DNA of 64,000 nucleotides from Pseudomonadota bacterium (lineage in GTDB: Bacteria > Pseudomonadota > Gammaproteobacteria > Pseudomonadales > JADFDG01), in the NCBI GenBank assembly GCA_049323295.1, contig JBMOON010000040.1, forward strand, positions 173,188-237,187. The letters are read 5' to 3'. This document shows positions 41,247 to 51,357 of this stretch, piece by piece; within the stretch, counting starts at the first letter, position 1; the number at the start of each line of letters is the position of its first letter. Made by a program: the position numbers and the translations under genes. The notes below the pieces were generated by a model. The model ran no database searches. It was not told the origin of the DNA and was given only the letters and a program-made list of their open reading frames with translations.

Positions 41247-41331
41247 TGGTGCCGAGGAGAGGACTTGAACCTCCACGGATTGCTCCACTAGTACCTGAAA
41301 CTAGCGTGTCTACCAATTTCACCACCTCGGC
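41247..41331 (-). tRNA. tRNA-Leu (anticodon CAG)
   Basis: The reverse complement reads GCCGAGGTGGTGAAATTGGTAGACACGCTAGTTTCAGGTACTAGTGGAGCAATCCGTGGAGGTTCAAGTCCTCTCCTCGGCACCA. It has a 7-bp acceptor stem, anticodon loop TTCAGGT, long variable arm, GGTTCAAGTCC T-loop and encoded CCA. Confidence 0.93.
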
Positions 41332-41336
41332 GAGGC

Positions 41337-41347
41337 CGCGCATTCTA
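41337..41347 (-). promoter_or_regulatory. Candidate tRNA-Leu promoter -10 plus discriminator (TAGAATGCGCG)
   Basis: The minus strand reads ccccTAGAATGCGCGGCCTC, directly abutting the tRNA 5' end, with 10 nt between the -10 and the mature 5' end. Confidence 0.45.
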
Positions 41348-41439
41348 GGGGAAAGCCGGCTTAAAACGGAAGCCCCGGGCCTATACCATGGGCGCCGGTC
41401 ATTTCGCCGGACCCCCGGTCCGGCCCCACGGAGACCTCT

Positions 41440-43902
41440 TTGACCTGGACCCCCGAGATCGACCCGGCCTTTGCCGGCGAGATGCGCAAATACGAGCGCC
41501 CCATCCCCAGCCGGGCTTTCCTCCTGCAATGGCTGCAGGAGCTGGGCCGGCCCGCCCCCACCGATGAACTGCTGGCCGTCCTCGGCCTGGACCGCGACCC
41601 CGAAGTGGCCGACGCCGTCAGCCGTCGGCTGCAGGCCATGGAGCGCGACGGCCAGCTGGTGTGCAACCGGCGCGGCGCCTGGGGGCTGCCGAAGGCCATG
41701 GACCTCATTGCCGGCCGGGTGATCGGCAACCGGGAGGGGTTCGGCTTCCTGACCCCGGACGAGGGTGGCGGCGACCTGTTCCTCACCGCGCGCCAGATGC
41801 GCACCCTGCTCGACGGCGACCGCGTGCTGGCCCGGGTGGTCGGCCTCGATTCGCGCGGCCGTCGCGAAGGCGAGGTGGTCAGCATCCTGCAGCGTACGCT
41901 GCGAACCCTGGTCGGCCGCGTCGCGCACGACGGCGGGGTGGAATTCTTCCGGCCGGACAACAAGCGGGTGGTGCAGGAATTCCTGGTGGTCGAACATCCC
42001 GGCGTGACGGTGCCGCCGGAGGCCTACGTGCTGGCGGAAATCGTCGACTGGCCGGGCAACCGCACGCACGGTCGCGTACGCCTGATCGAGGTGCTCGGCG
42101 ACACGCGCGAAGCCGGCATGGAAACCGAAATCGCCATTCGCAGCTACGGCATTCCACACCGTTTTCCGGAAGACGTCGAGCGCGAAGCCGCGGCTTTTGC
42201 TCCCGCACCGGAGCAGTCCGGTTACCACTACCGTCTCGACCTGCGACAGGTTCCGCTGGTCACCATCGACGGCGAGGATGCGCGCGATTTCGATGACGCG
42301 GTCTACTGCGAAATGCGCGACAATGGCGGCTGGCACCTGATTGTTGCCATTGCCGACGTCTCCCATTACGTGCTGCCCGGCAGCGCACTGGACAAGGAAG
42401 CGCACGAGCGCGGCAATTCGGTGTATTTCCCCGACCGAGTAGTGCCGATGTTGCCGGAGGCGCTGTCCAACGGCTTGTGTTCGCTGAATCCGCACGTCGA
42501 CCGTTTCTGCCTGGCTTGCGACATGACGATCTCGCCGGACGGCAGGATCACGCATTACCGTTTCCACGAGGCTGTGATGCGCTCGCAGGCGCGGCTGACC
42601 TACAACAAGGTGGCGGCCATCCTCGAGCGCCCGGAAAGCGCGGAGGCGCAGAAGGTGCGTGCCGAGATCGGCGCCCTGGAAGGCAACCTGCGCAACCTGT
42701 ATGCCCTGTACAACGCCCTGAAGACGGCCCGCGATGCCCGCGGTGCCATCGACTTCGACACCGTCGAAACGAAAATCGTCTTTACCGCCGGCCGCAAGAT
42801 CGAGCGGATCGTGCCGGTGGTACGCAACGATGCGCACAAGCTGATCGAGGAGTGCATGCTGGCGGCCAACACCTGCGCCGCGAAGCTGTTGATCAAATCG
42901 AAGACGCCGACCCTGTACCGCAATCACGAAGGTCCGACACCGGAGAAGCTGGAGACACTGTCGGATTACCTGCGCGGTCTCGGCCTGTCGCTTTTCGGAA
43001 CGGGCAAGCGCAAGGTCGGGGCGAAGGGTGCGCCGGACATCGAGCCGGCCGATTACCAGCGCGTGCTGGCGCAGGTAAAAGGCCGTCCGGATGCCGGCGT
43101 GATCCAGACTGTCATGCTGCGTTCGATGAAGCAGGCGGTCTATCAGGGCGACAACCGCGGCCACTTCGGGCTGGGTTACGACGCCTACACCCACTTCACT
43201 TCGCCGATCCGGCGTTACCCGGACCTGCTGGTGCACCGTGCGTTGCGGGTGCTGATCCGCGAAGGCAAGACCGCCGGTGCTGCCCGCCGTGACGGTGCCC
43301 CGGTCATCGAGCGGGCGCAGTGGCTGCCGTTCCGCGACGGCGAGCTGGGTACGATGGGCGAGCACTGCTCGATGACCGAGCGGCGCGCCGATGAGGCCAC
43401 CCGCGATGTCGTACAACGACTGAAATGCGAGTACATGCGGCAGCATGTCGGCGAGGAATTCGCCGGCGTGGTCAGTGCGGTGACCGGCTTCGGCCTGTTC
43501 GTCAATCTGGCCGATTTCTACATCGAAGGCCTGATCCACATCTCGACGCTCGAGAATGATTACTGGCACTTCGATGCATTGCGGCATTGTCTGGTCGGCG
43601 AGCGCAGCGGCCGCCGGATCGCGCTCGGCGACAGTGTCCGCGTACGGGTGTCGGCGGTGAATGTCGACGAGCGCAAGATCGATCTTGTGCTGGCGGCCGG
43701 CAAGCGTGCCGGCCGGGCCGATGGCGAGGGCGGACGAGAGGAGAGACGTCCTTCGGCGCGTGACCTGCTTGCACAGGAGGCGGCGCGACGTCCGCATCCG
43801 GCCGCACGCAGCAAGGGCGGCAAAAGCGGCGACGGGAAGGCCGGCGCCGACCGCAAACAGGGCAAGCCGGGCGGCAAGTCGTCCCGCGGGAAGAAACGCT
43901 GA
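41440..43902 (+). CDS. rnr: Ribonuclease R
   Basis: KYERPIPSRAFLLQWL N-terminus, RNB domain (DGEDARDFDDAVY, YFPDRVVPMLPE, HFGLGYDAYTHFTSPIRRYPDL), S1 domain and a Lys/Arg-rich tail. TTG start with GGAGA 6 nt upstream. Confidence 0.93.
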   Translation: MTWTPEIDPAFAGEMRKYERPIPSRAFLLQWLQELGRPAPTDELLAVLGLDRDPEVADAVSRRLQAMERDGQLVCNRRGAWGLPKAMDLIAGRVIGNREGFGFLTPDEGGGDLFLTARQMRTLLDGDRVLARVVGLDSRGRREGEVVSILQRTLRTLVGRVAHDGGVEFFRPDNKRVVQEFLVVEHPGVTVPPEAYVLAEIVDWPGNRTHGRVRLIEVLGDTREAGMETEIAIRSYGIPHRFPEDVEREAAAFAPAPEQSGYHYRLDLRQVPLVTIDGEDARDFDDAVYCEMRDNGGWHLIVAIADVSHYVLPGSALDKEAHERGNSVYFPDRVVPMLPEALSNGLCSLNPHVDRFCLACDMTISPDGRITHYRFHEAVMRSQARLTYNKVAAILERPESAEAQKVRAEIGALEGNLRNLYALYNALKTARDARGAIDFDTVETKIVFTAGRKIERIVPVVRNDAHKLIEECMLAANTCAAKLLIKSKTPTLYRNHEGPTPEKLETLSDYLRGLGLSLFGTGKRKVGAKGAPDIEPADYQRVLAQVKGRPDAGVIQTVMLRSMKQAVYQGDNRGHFGLGYDAYTHFTSPIRRYPDLLVHRALRVLIREGKTAGAARRDGAPVIERAQWLPFRDGELGTMGEHCSMTERRADEATRDVVQRLKCEYMRQHVGEEFAGVVSAVTGFGLFVNLADFYIEGLIHISTLENDYWHFDALRHCLVGERSGRRIALGDSVRVRVSAVNVDERKIDLVLAAGKRAGRADGEGGREERRPSARDLLAQEAARRPHPAARSKGGKSGDGKAGADRKQGKPGGKSSRGKKR

Positions 43903-44672
43903 TGGCCGTGCAATGGTTCTACGGGCTGCATGCCGTGCAGTCGCTCCTCGAGAACGATCCGTCGCGGGTACTGGAAGTGATTGTCCAGGCAACCCGTGAC
44001 GATGAACGCATTGCGCGTATCCAGAAGCTGGCGGCGGCGCACGGCGTGCACATGCGCAGTGCCGGCAAGGACGAGTTGCCGAAAGTGACCGGCGACGGTC
44101 AGCATCAGGGGGTCGCTGCGCGCGCGCGCGACCGCAGGCTGCCGGGCGAGAACGAGCTGGCCGATCACGTCGAGGCGCTTTCACATCCACCGCTGGTGCT
44201 GGTGCTGGACGGCATTACCGATCCGCACAATCTCGGTGCCGTGTTGCGCTCGGCAGACGCCTTTGGCGTCGACGCCATCGTCTTCACCCGCGACAAGGCG
44301 GTCGGTATCACGCCGGTGGTGGCAAAAACGGCAAGCGGTGCCGCCGAGACGGTGCCGGTTTTCGAAGTCACCAATCTCGTGCGTGCCCTGGAGCTGCTGA
44401 AGGCGAAGGGCGTCTGGGTGGCCGGTGCTGCGCTGGAAGAAAAATCCGAATCGCTCTACGAGGCGGATCTCACCGGGCCGCTGGCGATCGTGCTGGGCGC
44501 GGAAGGCAGCGGCATGCGCCGGTTGACCCGCGAGCACTGTGACCGGTTGCTGATGTTGCCGATGGCCGGTTGGGTCGACAGCCTCAATGTCTCGGTTGCT
44601 GCCGGCGTGTTTCTTTTTGCGGCAGCGCAGCAGCGCCGCCGGCCCGGGAAGGGCGGCAAAAAGAAGCAGTAA
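43902..44672 (+). CDS. rlmB: 23S rRNA (guanosine-2'-O-)-methyltransferase RlmB
   Basis: SpoU/TrmH family (LVLDGITDPHNLGAVLRSADAFG, VLGAEGSGMRRLT, SLNVSVAAGV). Follows rnr, as in E. coli and Pseudomonas. Confidence 0.9.
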   Translation: MAVQWFYGLHAVQSLLENDPSRVLEVIVQATRDDERIARIQKLAAAHGVHMRSAGKDELPKVTGDGQHQGVAARARDRRLPGENELADHVEALSHPPLVLVLDGITDPHNLGAVLRSADAFGVDAIVFTRDKAVGITPVVAKTASGAAETVPVFEVTNLVRALELLKAKGVWVAGAALEEKSESLYEADLTGPLAIVLGAEGSGMRRLTREHCDRLLMLPMAGWVDSLNVSVAAGVFLFAAAQQRRRPGKGGKKKQ

Positions 44673-44695
44673 GGGGGAATGGTCGGTCGGAGCGC

Positions 44696-45427
44696 TCAGT
44701 TGCTGATCGACTCGACCACGATGTCCAGATGCTTTATGACCGTGAAGCCGACTTCGTTCTCCACCACCAGCGGCACTTCAAGCCGCCGGCCGTCGGAGTC
44801 GGTCATGATGCGGGCCGTGCTGTCGTAGGAAACCCGATAGGCATCGTTGGTGCCTTCGTCGGCCTTGTTCTGGCGGGCCTTGGCATCGTTGGTCGGGTTC
44901 CGGGTCTGTGAGCCCGCGGCATCCCGTTGCGCGCCTTCCTCTTCGTAGACATCGACGGCCAGCGACTCGAGATCGGACAGTCGGCCGGCCACTTCGTTGG
45001 CCGACATGTCTTCGCCTTCCATCGGCGGGATCGGGAAGCTGAGGGCCGTGGTGCGCCCGAAGCGTTCGGGTTCGCTGTAGACGGGGTGCGGGAGCCGGCT
45101 GGCCCGGGCCAGGGCATCGTCGAGCGATTCCGGTCCCCGGATCGCATACAGGGCAGGATCTTCCGGGACCGGATCTGCGGTCGGGGCCGCCGGTGCGGCC
45201 GCCGCGTTCCGCGCCGCCTCGGCGGCGCGCTCTTCCCGCTGGCGCCGGTATTCCATGATGTCGACCAGAAAGGCGCTGTAGTCCGAGTAGTCCTCGATGC
45301 GCGGCTTCTCGGTGAAAATGCGCTGCGGGCGGGGAGTCATGTCGTCGGTTGCCACGGCCGGCAGGCACCAGGCCGCCGTGAGGCCGGTCAGCAGGAGCGC
45401 GGTAAACACGGGAAGACGACGAGGCAT
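44696..45427 (-). CDS. Hypothetical secreted protein (signal peptide, acidic, no recognised domain)
   Basis: Start set at MPRRLPVFTALLLTGLTAAWCLPAVA (ATG 45427, AAGAG RBS). The ORF extends to a TTG at 45439. Glu/Asp/Ala-rich, with no motif I recognise. Confidence 0.6.
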   Translation of the reverse strand: MPRRLPVFTALLLTGLTAAWCLPAVATDDMTPRPQRIFTEKPRIEDYSDYSAFLVDIMEYRRQREERAAEAARNAAAAPAAPTADPVPEDPALYAIRGPESLDDALARASRLPHPVYSEPERFGRTTALSFPIPPMEGEDMSANEVAGRLSDLESLAVDVYEEEGAQRDAAGSQTRNPTNDAKARQNKADEGTNDAYRVSYDSTARIMTDSDGRRLEVPLVVENEVGFTVIKHLDIVVESISN

Positions 45428-45551
45428 GGCGGCGTCCAACTCTTTGAATTTATTGTTATTGTCGCCAGATGTGACGCAAGTCCAGAAATGGTAGCCGGCC
45501 CGCCTCCCGGCCGCAATGGACCGGTAGACAGACGGTACCGCCCGCAGGCCG

Positions 45552-45580
45552 TTGAGTGCGGGGGACGGCTTCTATAGAAT
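45552..45580 (+). promoter_or_regulatory. Candidate sigma70 promoter of the rpsF-priB-rpsR-rplI operon
   Basis: TTGAGT (45552-45557), 17-nt spacer, TAGAAT (45575-45580), followed by the GC-rich discriminator GCGCGACCCC. The rpsF ATG is 110 nt downstream. Confidence 0.5.
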
Positions 45581-45690
45581 GCGCGACCCCCGCGTTCTGC
45601 CGTCATGCACGGACAGGGCCGGGATCCTTGCCTCACCCGCCGGTCTGAGCCGGTCCGGGGAGGCCAACGACCACAAGGAGCCACTGACCG

Positions 45691-46104
45691 ATGCGTCACT
45701 ATGAAGTCGTGTTCCTGGTGCACCCCGACCAGAGCGAGCAGGTGCCCGGAATGATCGAACGCTATACCTCCGCCCTCAAGGAGGCGAAAGGCGTTGTCCA
45801 CCGTCTCGAAGACTGGGGTCGCCGCCAGCTCGCCTACCCGATCAACAAGATCCACAAGGCCCACTACGTTCTGCTGAACGTCGAATGCGACCAGAAGGCG
45901 CTCGACGAACTCAACAGTGCGTTCCGCTTCAACGACGCCGTACTGCGCAGCCTCGTGGTGCGCCGCGAGCACGCGATCACCGAGCAGTCGCCGATGGCGC
46001 GCAGCGCCGGCGACAAGCGTCGTGGTGACGGCGACGAGCGCGGTGATCGCGGCGACCGTGATCGCGTGCGCGATACCGAGGCCGTCGACGAGAACGAGGG
46101 CTGA
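45691..46104 (+). CDS. rpsF: 30S ribosomal protein S6
   Basis: [25 protein letters not shown]. Charged C-terminal tail. Confidence 0.97.
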   Translation: MRHYEVVFLVHPDQSEQVPGMIERYTSALKEAKGVVHRLEDWGRRQLAYPINKIHKAHYVLLNVECDQKALDELNSAFRFNDAVLRSLVVRREHAITEQSPMARSAGDKRRGDGDERGDRGDRDRVRDTEAVDENEG

Positions 46105-46113
46105 CGGACGGGG

Positions 46114-46449
46114 GTGGAAACCAACCGACTGACGATCACCGGCCTCGTGGTCGAGGTGGGTGCGGTCCGGACGAGTCCCGCCGGGATTCCCCAGCAGCAC
46201 ATCACCATCGAGCACCGGTCGCGGCAGATCGAAGCCGGCATCCCGCGCGAAGCGCGCTGCCGGGTCGATGTGAAGATCGCAGGCGACGAACTGGCCGCGG
46301 TGGCCCGCACCCTGACGGTGGGGCAACAGGTCGGTATCGAAGGGTTTCTTTCCCGCCCGGGATTCAAGGGCAGCGAAGCGGCACTGGTGGTCCACGCCAC
46401 GCGGATCACGGTAGCCGGCGACGCAAAAGGTTCAGATCAACGTGCGTGA
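46114..46449 (+). CDS. priB: Primosomal replication protein N (PriB)
   Basis: [31 protein letters not shown] parallels E. coli PriB ([31 protein letters not shown]). Lies between rpsF and rpsR. GTG start. Confidence 0.8.
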   Translation: METNRLTITGLVVEVGAVRTSPAGIPQQHITIEHRSRQIEAGIPREARCRVDVKIAGDELAAVARTLTVGQQVGIEGFLSRPGFKGSEAALVVHATRITVAGDAKGSDQRA

Positions 46450-46486
46450 CGGCAAACAGAAACCGGTCACGCGGGAGAAAAGAGAC

Positions 46487-46717
46487 ATGGCGCGTTTTTA
46501 TCGTCGTCGCAAGTTCTGCCGGTTCACGGCGGAGAACGTCGAATACATCGATTTCAAGGATCTGGAAACGCTGAAGCAGTACGTCAGCGAGACCGGCAAG
46601 ATCGTACCGAGCCGCATCACCGGTACCCGGGCGCGTTACCAGCGCCAGCTGTCGACGGCCATCAAGCAGGCCCGGTTCCTGGCCCTGCTGCCGTATTCCG
46701 ACAGCCAGCAGCAATAA
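46487..46717 (+). CDS. rpsR: 30S ribosomal protein S18
   Basis: [47 protein letters not shown]. Confidence 0.97.
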   Translation: MARFYRRRKFCRFTAENVEYIDFKDLETLKQYVSETGKIVPSRITGTRARYQRQLSTAIKQARFLALLPYSDSQQQ

Positions 46718-46738
46718 GCGCGAGAGGAGCACATCATC

Positions 46739-47185
46739 ATGCAAGTCATCCTGCTTGAGCGCATCGCGAACCTCGGCTCGCTGGGCGAGGTCGTGAAGGT
46801 CAAACCCGGTTTCGGCCGCAACTTCCTGATTCCGCAGGGCAAGGCCAAGCCGGCAACGAAAGAGAACATCGCCGAGGTCGAGAAGCGCCGCGCCGAGTTC
46901 GAAGCCGCCGCCGCCGCCCACCTGGCCGCCGCCCAGGCGCGCGCCGAGAAGCTGAACGGCCTCGCTGTCACGCTGGCCGCCAAGGCCGGCGACGAAGGCA
47001 AGCTGTTCGGCTCGGTCGGCACTCGCGACGTTGCCGAGGCCATCGGCCGCGCCGGCGTCGAAGTGCAGAAGAGCGAAGTGCTGATGCCGAACGGCGCCAT
47101 CCGCAACACCGGCGAGTACGACATCGTGGTGCGCGTGCACAGCGACGTCGAAGCGACGATCAAGCTGGCCGTCGTTGCCGAGTAA
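46739..47185 (+). CDS. rplI: 50S ribosomal protein L9
   Basis: [36 protein letters not shown]. Confidence 0.97.
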   Translation: MQVILLERIANLGSLGEVVKVKPGFGRNFLIPQGKAKPATKENIAEVEKRRAEFEAAAAAHLAAAQARAEKLNGLAVTLAAKAGDEGKLFGSVGTRDVAEAIGRAGVEVQKSEVLMPNGAIRNTGEYDIVVRVHSDVEATIKLAVVAE

Positions 47186-47277
47186 GCCCCGGTCGCTGTC
47201 AAGCGACGGGCGGTGCCGGAAGCGCAAAAAGGGCCTCGCGGTCCTGATTGCCGCCTCCGGCCCCGGGTGCCAGAATC

Positions 47278-47310
47278 GAAGCCCTGCCGCATGGCGGGGC
47301 TTCTTTTTTT
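47278..47310 (+). terminator. Rho-independent terminator after rplI
   Basis: GAAGCCCTGCC gcat GGCGGGGCTTC (one mismatch) followed by a run of T. Confidence 0.65.
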
Positions 47311-47364
47311 CGGTTGCCCGCTACGGTTTCCCCTTCCGCATCCTTCGGTCGCGCATCCTCGTCC

Positions 47365-48783
47365 ATGGCTGAATCCGGTCTCATGCCCGTTGCGACGGGT
47401 GCTGTCGAGAATCTGAAGATTCCTCCGCACTCCATCGAGGCGGAGCAGTCCGTGCTGGGCGGCCTGATGCTCAACAACGCGGCCTACGACGACGTCGTCG
47501 ACCGCCTGCGGGAAGAGGATTTCTATCGCCACGACCATCGCCTGATTTTCCGGGCGATTACCGAACTTTCGGAGCAGAGCCGGCCGTTCGATGTGGTGAC
47601 GCTCACCGAGAACCTGGCGCAGAAGCATGTGCTGGAAGAGGCCGGCGGTCTGGTATACATCGGCGAACTGGCACGCAACACGCCCAGTGCGGCGAACATC
47701 CGCACCTATGCCGACATCGTGCGCGAGCGTTCCGTGCTCCGGCAGTTGATACGGGTGTCGAACGAGGTGGCCGACACCGCGTTCCATCCGCAGGGCCGCA
47801 CGGTGGCCGACATCCTCGACATTGCCGAAACCAAGGTGTTCCGCATTGCCGAAGGCCGCCAGCGTGGCGCCGGCCCGGTGCAGCTGAAGGACATCGCTGC
47901 CGGCGTGGTCGACAAGATCCGCGAGCTGGCGGCGAACCCCGGCGCCATTACGGGTATTCCGACGGGCTTCGAGAAGCTCGACAAGATGACGTCCGGTCTC
48001 AACAAGGGCGATCTGGTGATCGTTGCCGGCCGGCCGTCGATGGGCAAGACCACGTTCGCGATGAACATCGCCGAGAACGCGATGATCAAGTCCGGCAAGC
48101 CGGTGCTGGTGTTCTCGATGGAAATGCCGCGCGACCAGATCGTGATGCGCATGATCAGCTCGCTCGGTCGCATCGACCAGACGCGCCTGCGTACCGGTGA
48201 CCTGCAGCCCGAGGACTGGGATCGCATCGTCTCGGCGATGCACATGCTGCGCGACCAGAAGCTTTACGTCGATGACACGCCGGCCCTGTCGCCGACCGAG
48301 CTGCGGGCCCGTGCGCGCCGGATCGCCCGCGAACATGGCGGCGAGCTCGGACTGGTGGTCGTCGATTACCTGCAGCTGATGCAGGTGCCGGGCAACAGCG
48401 AGAACCGGGCCACCGAGATTTCCGCCATCTCGCGCGGACTCAAGGCGGTCGCCAAGGAACTCGGTTGTCCGGTCGTTGCGCTCTCGCAGCTGAACCGTGC
48501 GCTGGAGCAGCGCCCGGACAAGCGGCCGCTGATGAGCGACCTGCGCGAGTCGGGCGCGATCGAGCAGGATGCGGACATCATCATGTTCGTGTTCCGCGAA
48601 GAGGTTTACCTGAAGGAAGGCGACGGCAAGAACAGCGAGCGTCTGGAAAAGGTGAGGGGGACCGCCGAAATCATCATCGGCAAGCAGCGTAACGGCCCCA
48701 TCGGCACCGTGAACCTCGCCTTCCTCGGCAAGTACACCCGCTTCGAGAATCTCGCCCACGGCGATTACGAAGACTACTCGTGA
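47365..48783 (+). CDS. dnaB: Replicative DNA helicase DnaB
   Basis: Start at MAESGLMP (47365). PPHSIEAEQSVLGGLML, GRPSMGKTTFAMN Walker A, VVVDYLQLM, SQLNR. The normal length of 472 aa indicates no intein. Confidence 0.95.
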   Translation: MAESGLMPVATGAVENLKIPPHSIEAEQSVLGGLMLNNAAYDDVVDRLREEDFYRHDHRLIFRAITELSEQSRPFDVVTLTENLAQKHVLEEAGGLVYIGELARNTPSAANIRTYADIVRERSVLRQLIRVSNEVADTAFHPQGRTVADILDIAETKVFRIAEGRQRGAGPVQLKDIAAGVVDKIRELAANPGAITGIPTGFEKLDKMTSGLNKGDLVIVAGRPSMGKTTFAMNIAENAMIKSGKPVLVFSMEMPRDQIVMRMISSLGRIDQTRLRTGDLQPEDWDRIVSAMHMLRDQKLYVDDTPALSPTELRARARRIAREHGGELGLVVVDYLQLMQVPGNSENRATEISAISRGLKAVAKELGCPVVALSQLNRALEQRPDKRPLMSDLRESGAIEQDADIIMFVFREEVYLKEGDGKNSERLEKVRGTAEIIIGKQRNGPIGTVNLAFLGKYTRFENLAHGDYEDYS

Positions 48784-48802
48784 GCGTTCCGGGGACCGGC
48801 GC

Positions 48803-49873
48803 ATGAAGCGCGAAGCTGTTGCCACCGTTCGTCTCGATGCGCTGCGCCACAATCTGCGCGTGGTGCGCCGCCTCTGTCCGCACAGCCGGGTATTCGCCAT
48901 GGTCAAGGCCAATGCCTACGGGCACGGGCTGGTGCCGGTGGCGCGGGCGCTGGGCGATGCCGATGCGCTGGGCGTAGCCACGCTCGACGAGGCGCTGGCG
49001 CTGCGTGAAGGCGGCATCGGCCGGCCGATCGTGCTCATCGAGGGCGTGTGCGATGTCCGCGAACTCCGTCTGGCGGCGGAACATGGCTTCACGCTCGTCG
49101 TCCACAACGTGGAACAGGCGGACATGCTGCGCCGCACGTCGCTGGCCCATCCGGTTGATGTCTGGCTGAAGCTGGAAACCGGCATGCACCGCCTCGGCAT
49201 GCCGGAAACGGCAGCCGATCTTGCGGTGGATGCCCTGCGTCCGCGGGTACGCCAGCTCGGCGCGATGACCCACTTTGCGTGTGCCGACGAGACGGGCAAT
49301 GCGTTGACCCGTACGCAGCTGGAACGGCTGATGGCCTTCGCCCGGCGCCATCATCTGCCGGCGAGCGCCGCCAATTCCGCCGGCATCGTCAGCCTGCCGG
49401 CCTCGCATCTCGACGTCGTCCGGCCCGGCATCATGCTGTACGGCAGTTCGCCGGTGGCCGGCCGTCCGGCAGCGGATTTCGATCTGCAGCCGGTGATGAC
49501 GCTGCATGCGCAAATCATTGCCGTCAACGAAGTGCCGAAAGGCGAAGGTGTCGGTTACGGCCAGACCTGGCACGCGCCGCGCGATTCGCGCATCGGGGTG
49601 GTCGGCATCGGTTATGGCGACGGTTATCCGCGACATGCGATGCCGGGGACGCCGGTCCGGCTGGCGGCCGGCACGGTGCCGATGGTGGGACGCGTGTCGA
49701 TGGACATGATCGGCATCGACCTGACCGCGCATCCGGAAGCGCGCATCGGCGATGCGGTGGAGCTCTGGGGCGGGCAGTTGCCGGTCGATACCGTGGCGCG
49801 CCATGCCAGCACGATCAGCTACGAGTTGTTCTGCCGGCTGACCGCGCGCGTCCGTTTCGAATACACCGGCTAG
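48803..49873 (+). CDS. alr: Alanine racemase
   Basis: AMVKANAYGHG PLP-lysine motif. 356 aa. Confidence 0.92.
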   Translation: MKREAVATVRLDALRHNLRVVRRLCPHSRVFAMVKANAYGHGLVPVARALGDADALGVATLDEALALREGGIGRPIVLIEGVCDVRELRLAAEHGFTLVVHNVEQADMLRRTSLAHPVDVWLKLETGMHRLGMPETAADLAVDALRPRVRQLGAMTHFACADETGNALTRTQLERLMAFARRHHLPASAANSAGIVSLPASHLDVVRPGIMLYGSSPVAGRPAADFDLQPVMTLHAQIIAVNEVPKGEGVGYGQTWHAPRDSRIGVVGIGYGDGYPRHAMPGTPVRLAAGTVPMVGRVSMDMIGIDLTAHPEARIGDAVELWGGQLPVDTVARHASTISYELFCRLTARVRFEYTG

Positions 49874-49880
49874 GTTCGGC

Positions 49881-51254
49881 ATGGCCAAGCGCAAAACCGC
49901 CTACGTCTGTTCCCAGTGCGGCGCCGAGCACAGCAAATGGCAGGGCCAGTGCACGGCCTGTGGTGCGTGGAATACGATGAGCGAGGTCGTGCTGGCCAGG
50001 GAAACCGGAACGGCCCGCGATGCGAATTTCGCCGATGCGCGTGGCGGTTATGCCGGCGCCAGGTCGGGCGTCCGGTCGCTGGGCGACATCGACCTGGCCG
50101 CGGTGCCGCGCATTCCCTCGACGCTGGACGAATTCGACCGGGTGCTCGGCGGCGGCTTCGTGCCGGGCTCGGCGGTCTTGCTCGGCGGCAACCCGGGTGC
50201 CGGCAAGTCGACGCTGCTGCTGCAGGCCAGTTGTCGTCTCGCCGAGCAGATGGACGTGCTGTACGTCACCGGCGAGGAATCGTTGCAGCAGGTGGCGATG
50301 CGCGCCAGCCGGCTGCAGTTGCCGGTGAAGAAAATCGGCGTACTGGCCGAAACCAGTGTCGAGACCATCTGCAGCGAAGCAGCGCGTCTGAAGCCGGCCG
50401 TCCTGGTGGTCGACTCGATCCAGACCGTTTACCTGCCGGGTCTGGAAAGCGCGCCGGGCAGCGTGTCGCAGGTCCGCGAGAGCGCGGCCTATCTCACGCG
50501 TTTCGCCAAGCAGACCGGTACGGTGCTGATCCTGGTCGGACATGTGACGAAGGACGGTTCGCTGGCCGGCCCGAAAGTGCTGGAGCACATGATCGACTGT
50601 TCGATCATGATCGAGGGCGAAGCCGATTCGCGGTTCCGGACCCTGCGCGGCAACAAGAACCGCTTCGGGGCGGTGAACGAGCTGGGTGTGTTCGCCATGA
50701 CCGGCGAAGGCCTGAAGGAAGTGAAGAATCCCTCGGCGATCTTTCTCTCGCGCGGCGAGCCGGCGCCGGGTTCGGTGGTGATGGTGCTGTGGGAAGGTAC
50801 GCGGCCGTTGCTGGTGGAAATCCAGGCGCTGGTCGATGCCTCGCCGCTGGGCAATCCGCGGCGGCTGGCGGTCGGCCTGGAGCAGAACCGGCTGGCGATG
50901 CTGCTGGCCGTGCTGCACCGGCACGGCGGCATCGTCGTCGGCGACCAGGACGTGTTCGCGAATGTCGTCGGCGGCGTGCGGGTCAGCGAAACCAGTGCCG
51001 ATCTCGCGTTGCTCGCGGCGATCGTGTCATCGCTGCGCGATCGTGTATTGCCGCAGGATCTCGTGGTGTTCGGCGAGGTCGGTCTTTCCGGCGAAATCCG
51101 TCCGGTCCCTTCGGGGCAGGAACGGTTGCGGGAAGCAGCCAAGCACGGCTTCCGGCGGGCCGTCGTGCCGCATGCCAACGTGCCGAAGGGCGGCATCGAC
51201 GGCATGGAGGTGATCGGCGTGCACAAGTTGGGCGAGGCGCTGGATGCATTCTGA
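49881..51254 (+). CDS. radA: DNA repair protein RadA (Sms)
   Basis: N-terminal Zn-finger CSQCGAEHSKWQGQCTACGAWNT, GGNPGAGKSTLLLQ Walker A, KNRFG motif and a Lon-like C-terminal domain. Confidence 0.95.
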   Translation: MAKRKTAYVCSQCGAEHSKWQGQCTACGAWNTMSEVVLARETGTARDANFADARGGYAGARSGVRSLGDIDLAAVPRIPSTLDEFDRVLGGGFVPGSAVLLGGNPGAGKSTLLLQASCRLAEQMDVLYVTGEESLQQVAMRASRLQLPVKKIGVLAETSVETICSEAARLKPAVLVVDSIQTVYLPGLESAPGSVSQVRESAAYLTRFAKQTGTVLILVGHVTKDGSLAGPKVLEHMIDCSIMIEGEADSRFRTLRGNKNRFGAVNELGVFAMTGEGLKEVKNPSAIFLSRGEPAPGSVVMVLWEGTRPLLVEIQALVDASPLGNPRRLAVGLEQNRLAMLLAVLHRHGGIVVGDQDVFANVVGGVRVSETSADLALLAAIVSSLRDRVLPQDLVVFGEVGLSGEIRPVPSGQERLREAAKHGFRRAVVPHANVPKGGIDGMEVIGVHKLGEALDAF

Positions 51255-51312
51255 GGCGCGGTGGCCGGGCGATCGCCGGGCTGCACGTCAGTAACGACGG
51301 AGCGCAAAAACG

Positions 51313-51338
51313 AAAAAGGCGCCTGCGGGCGCCTTTTT
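51313..51338. terminator. Bidirectional rho-independent terminator
   Basis: AAAAAGGCGCC tgcg GGCGCCTTTTT, between the convergent radA and PilZ-domain genes. Confidence 0.75.
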
Positions 51339-51357
51339 CATGTCGTGACGATGCAGT

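Noticed and set aside
38968-41347. A genomic island integrated at tRNA-Leu (the Mla-like trio abuts a tRNA gene).
   Set aside because: I found no integrase, no direct repeat of the tRNA 3' end and no compositional break. The trio lies on the 3' side across a terminator and appears fused to the purA transcription unit. I treat it as an old chromosomal insertion, not a mobile island.
47365-48783. A possible intein or mobile insertion in dnaB. The ORF-track product is 511 aa, and dnaB is a frequent intein host.
   Set aside because: With the correct start the protein is 472 aa and collinear with intein-free DnaB, with no Cys/Ser-...-HN splice-junction block.
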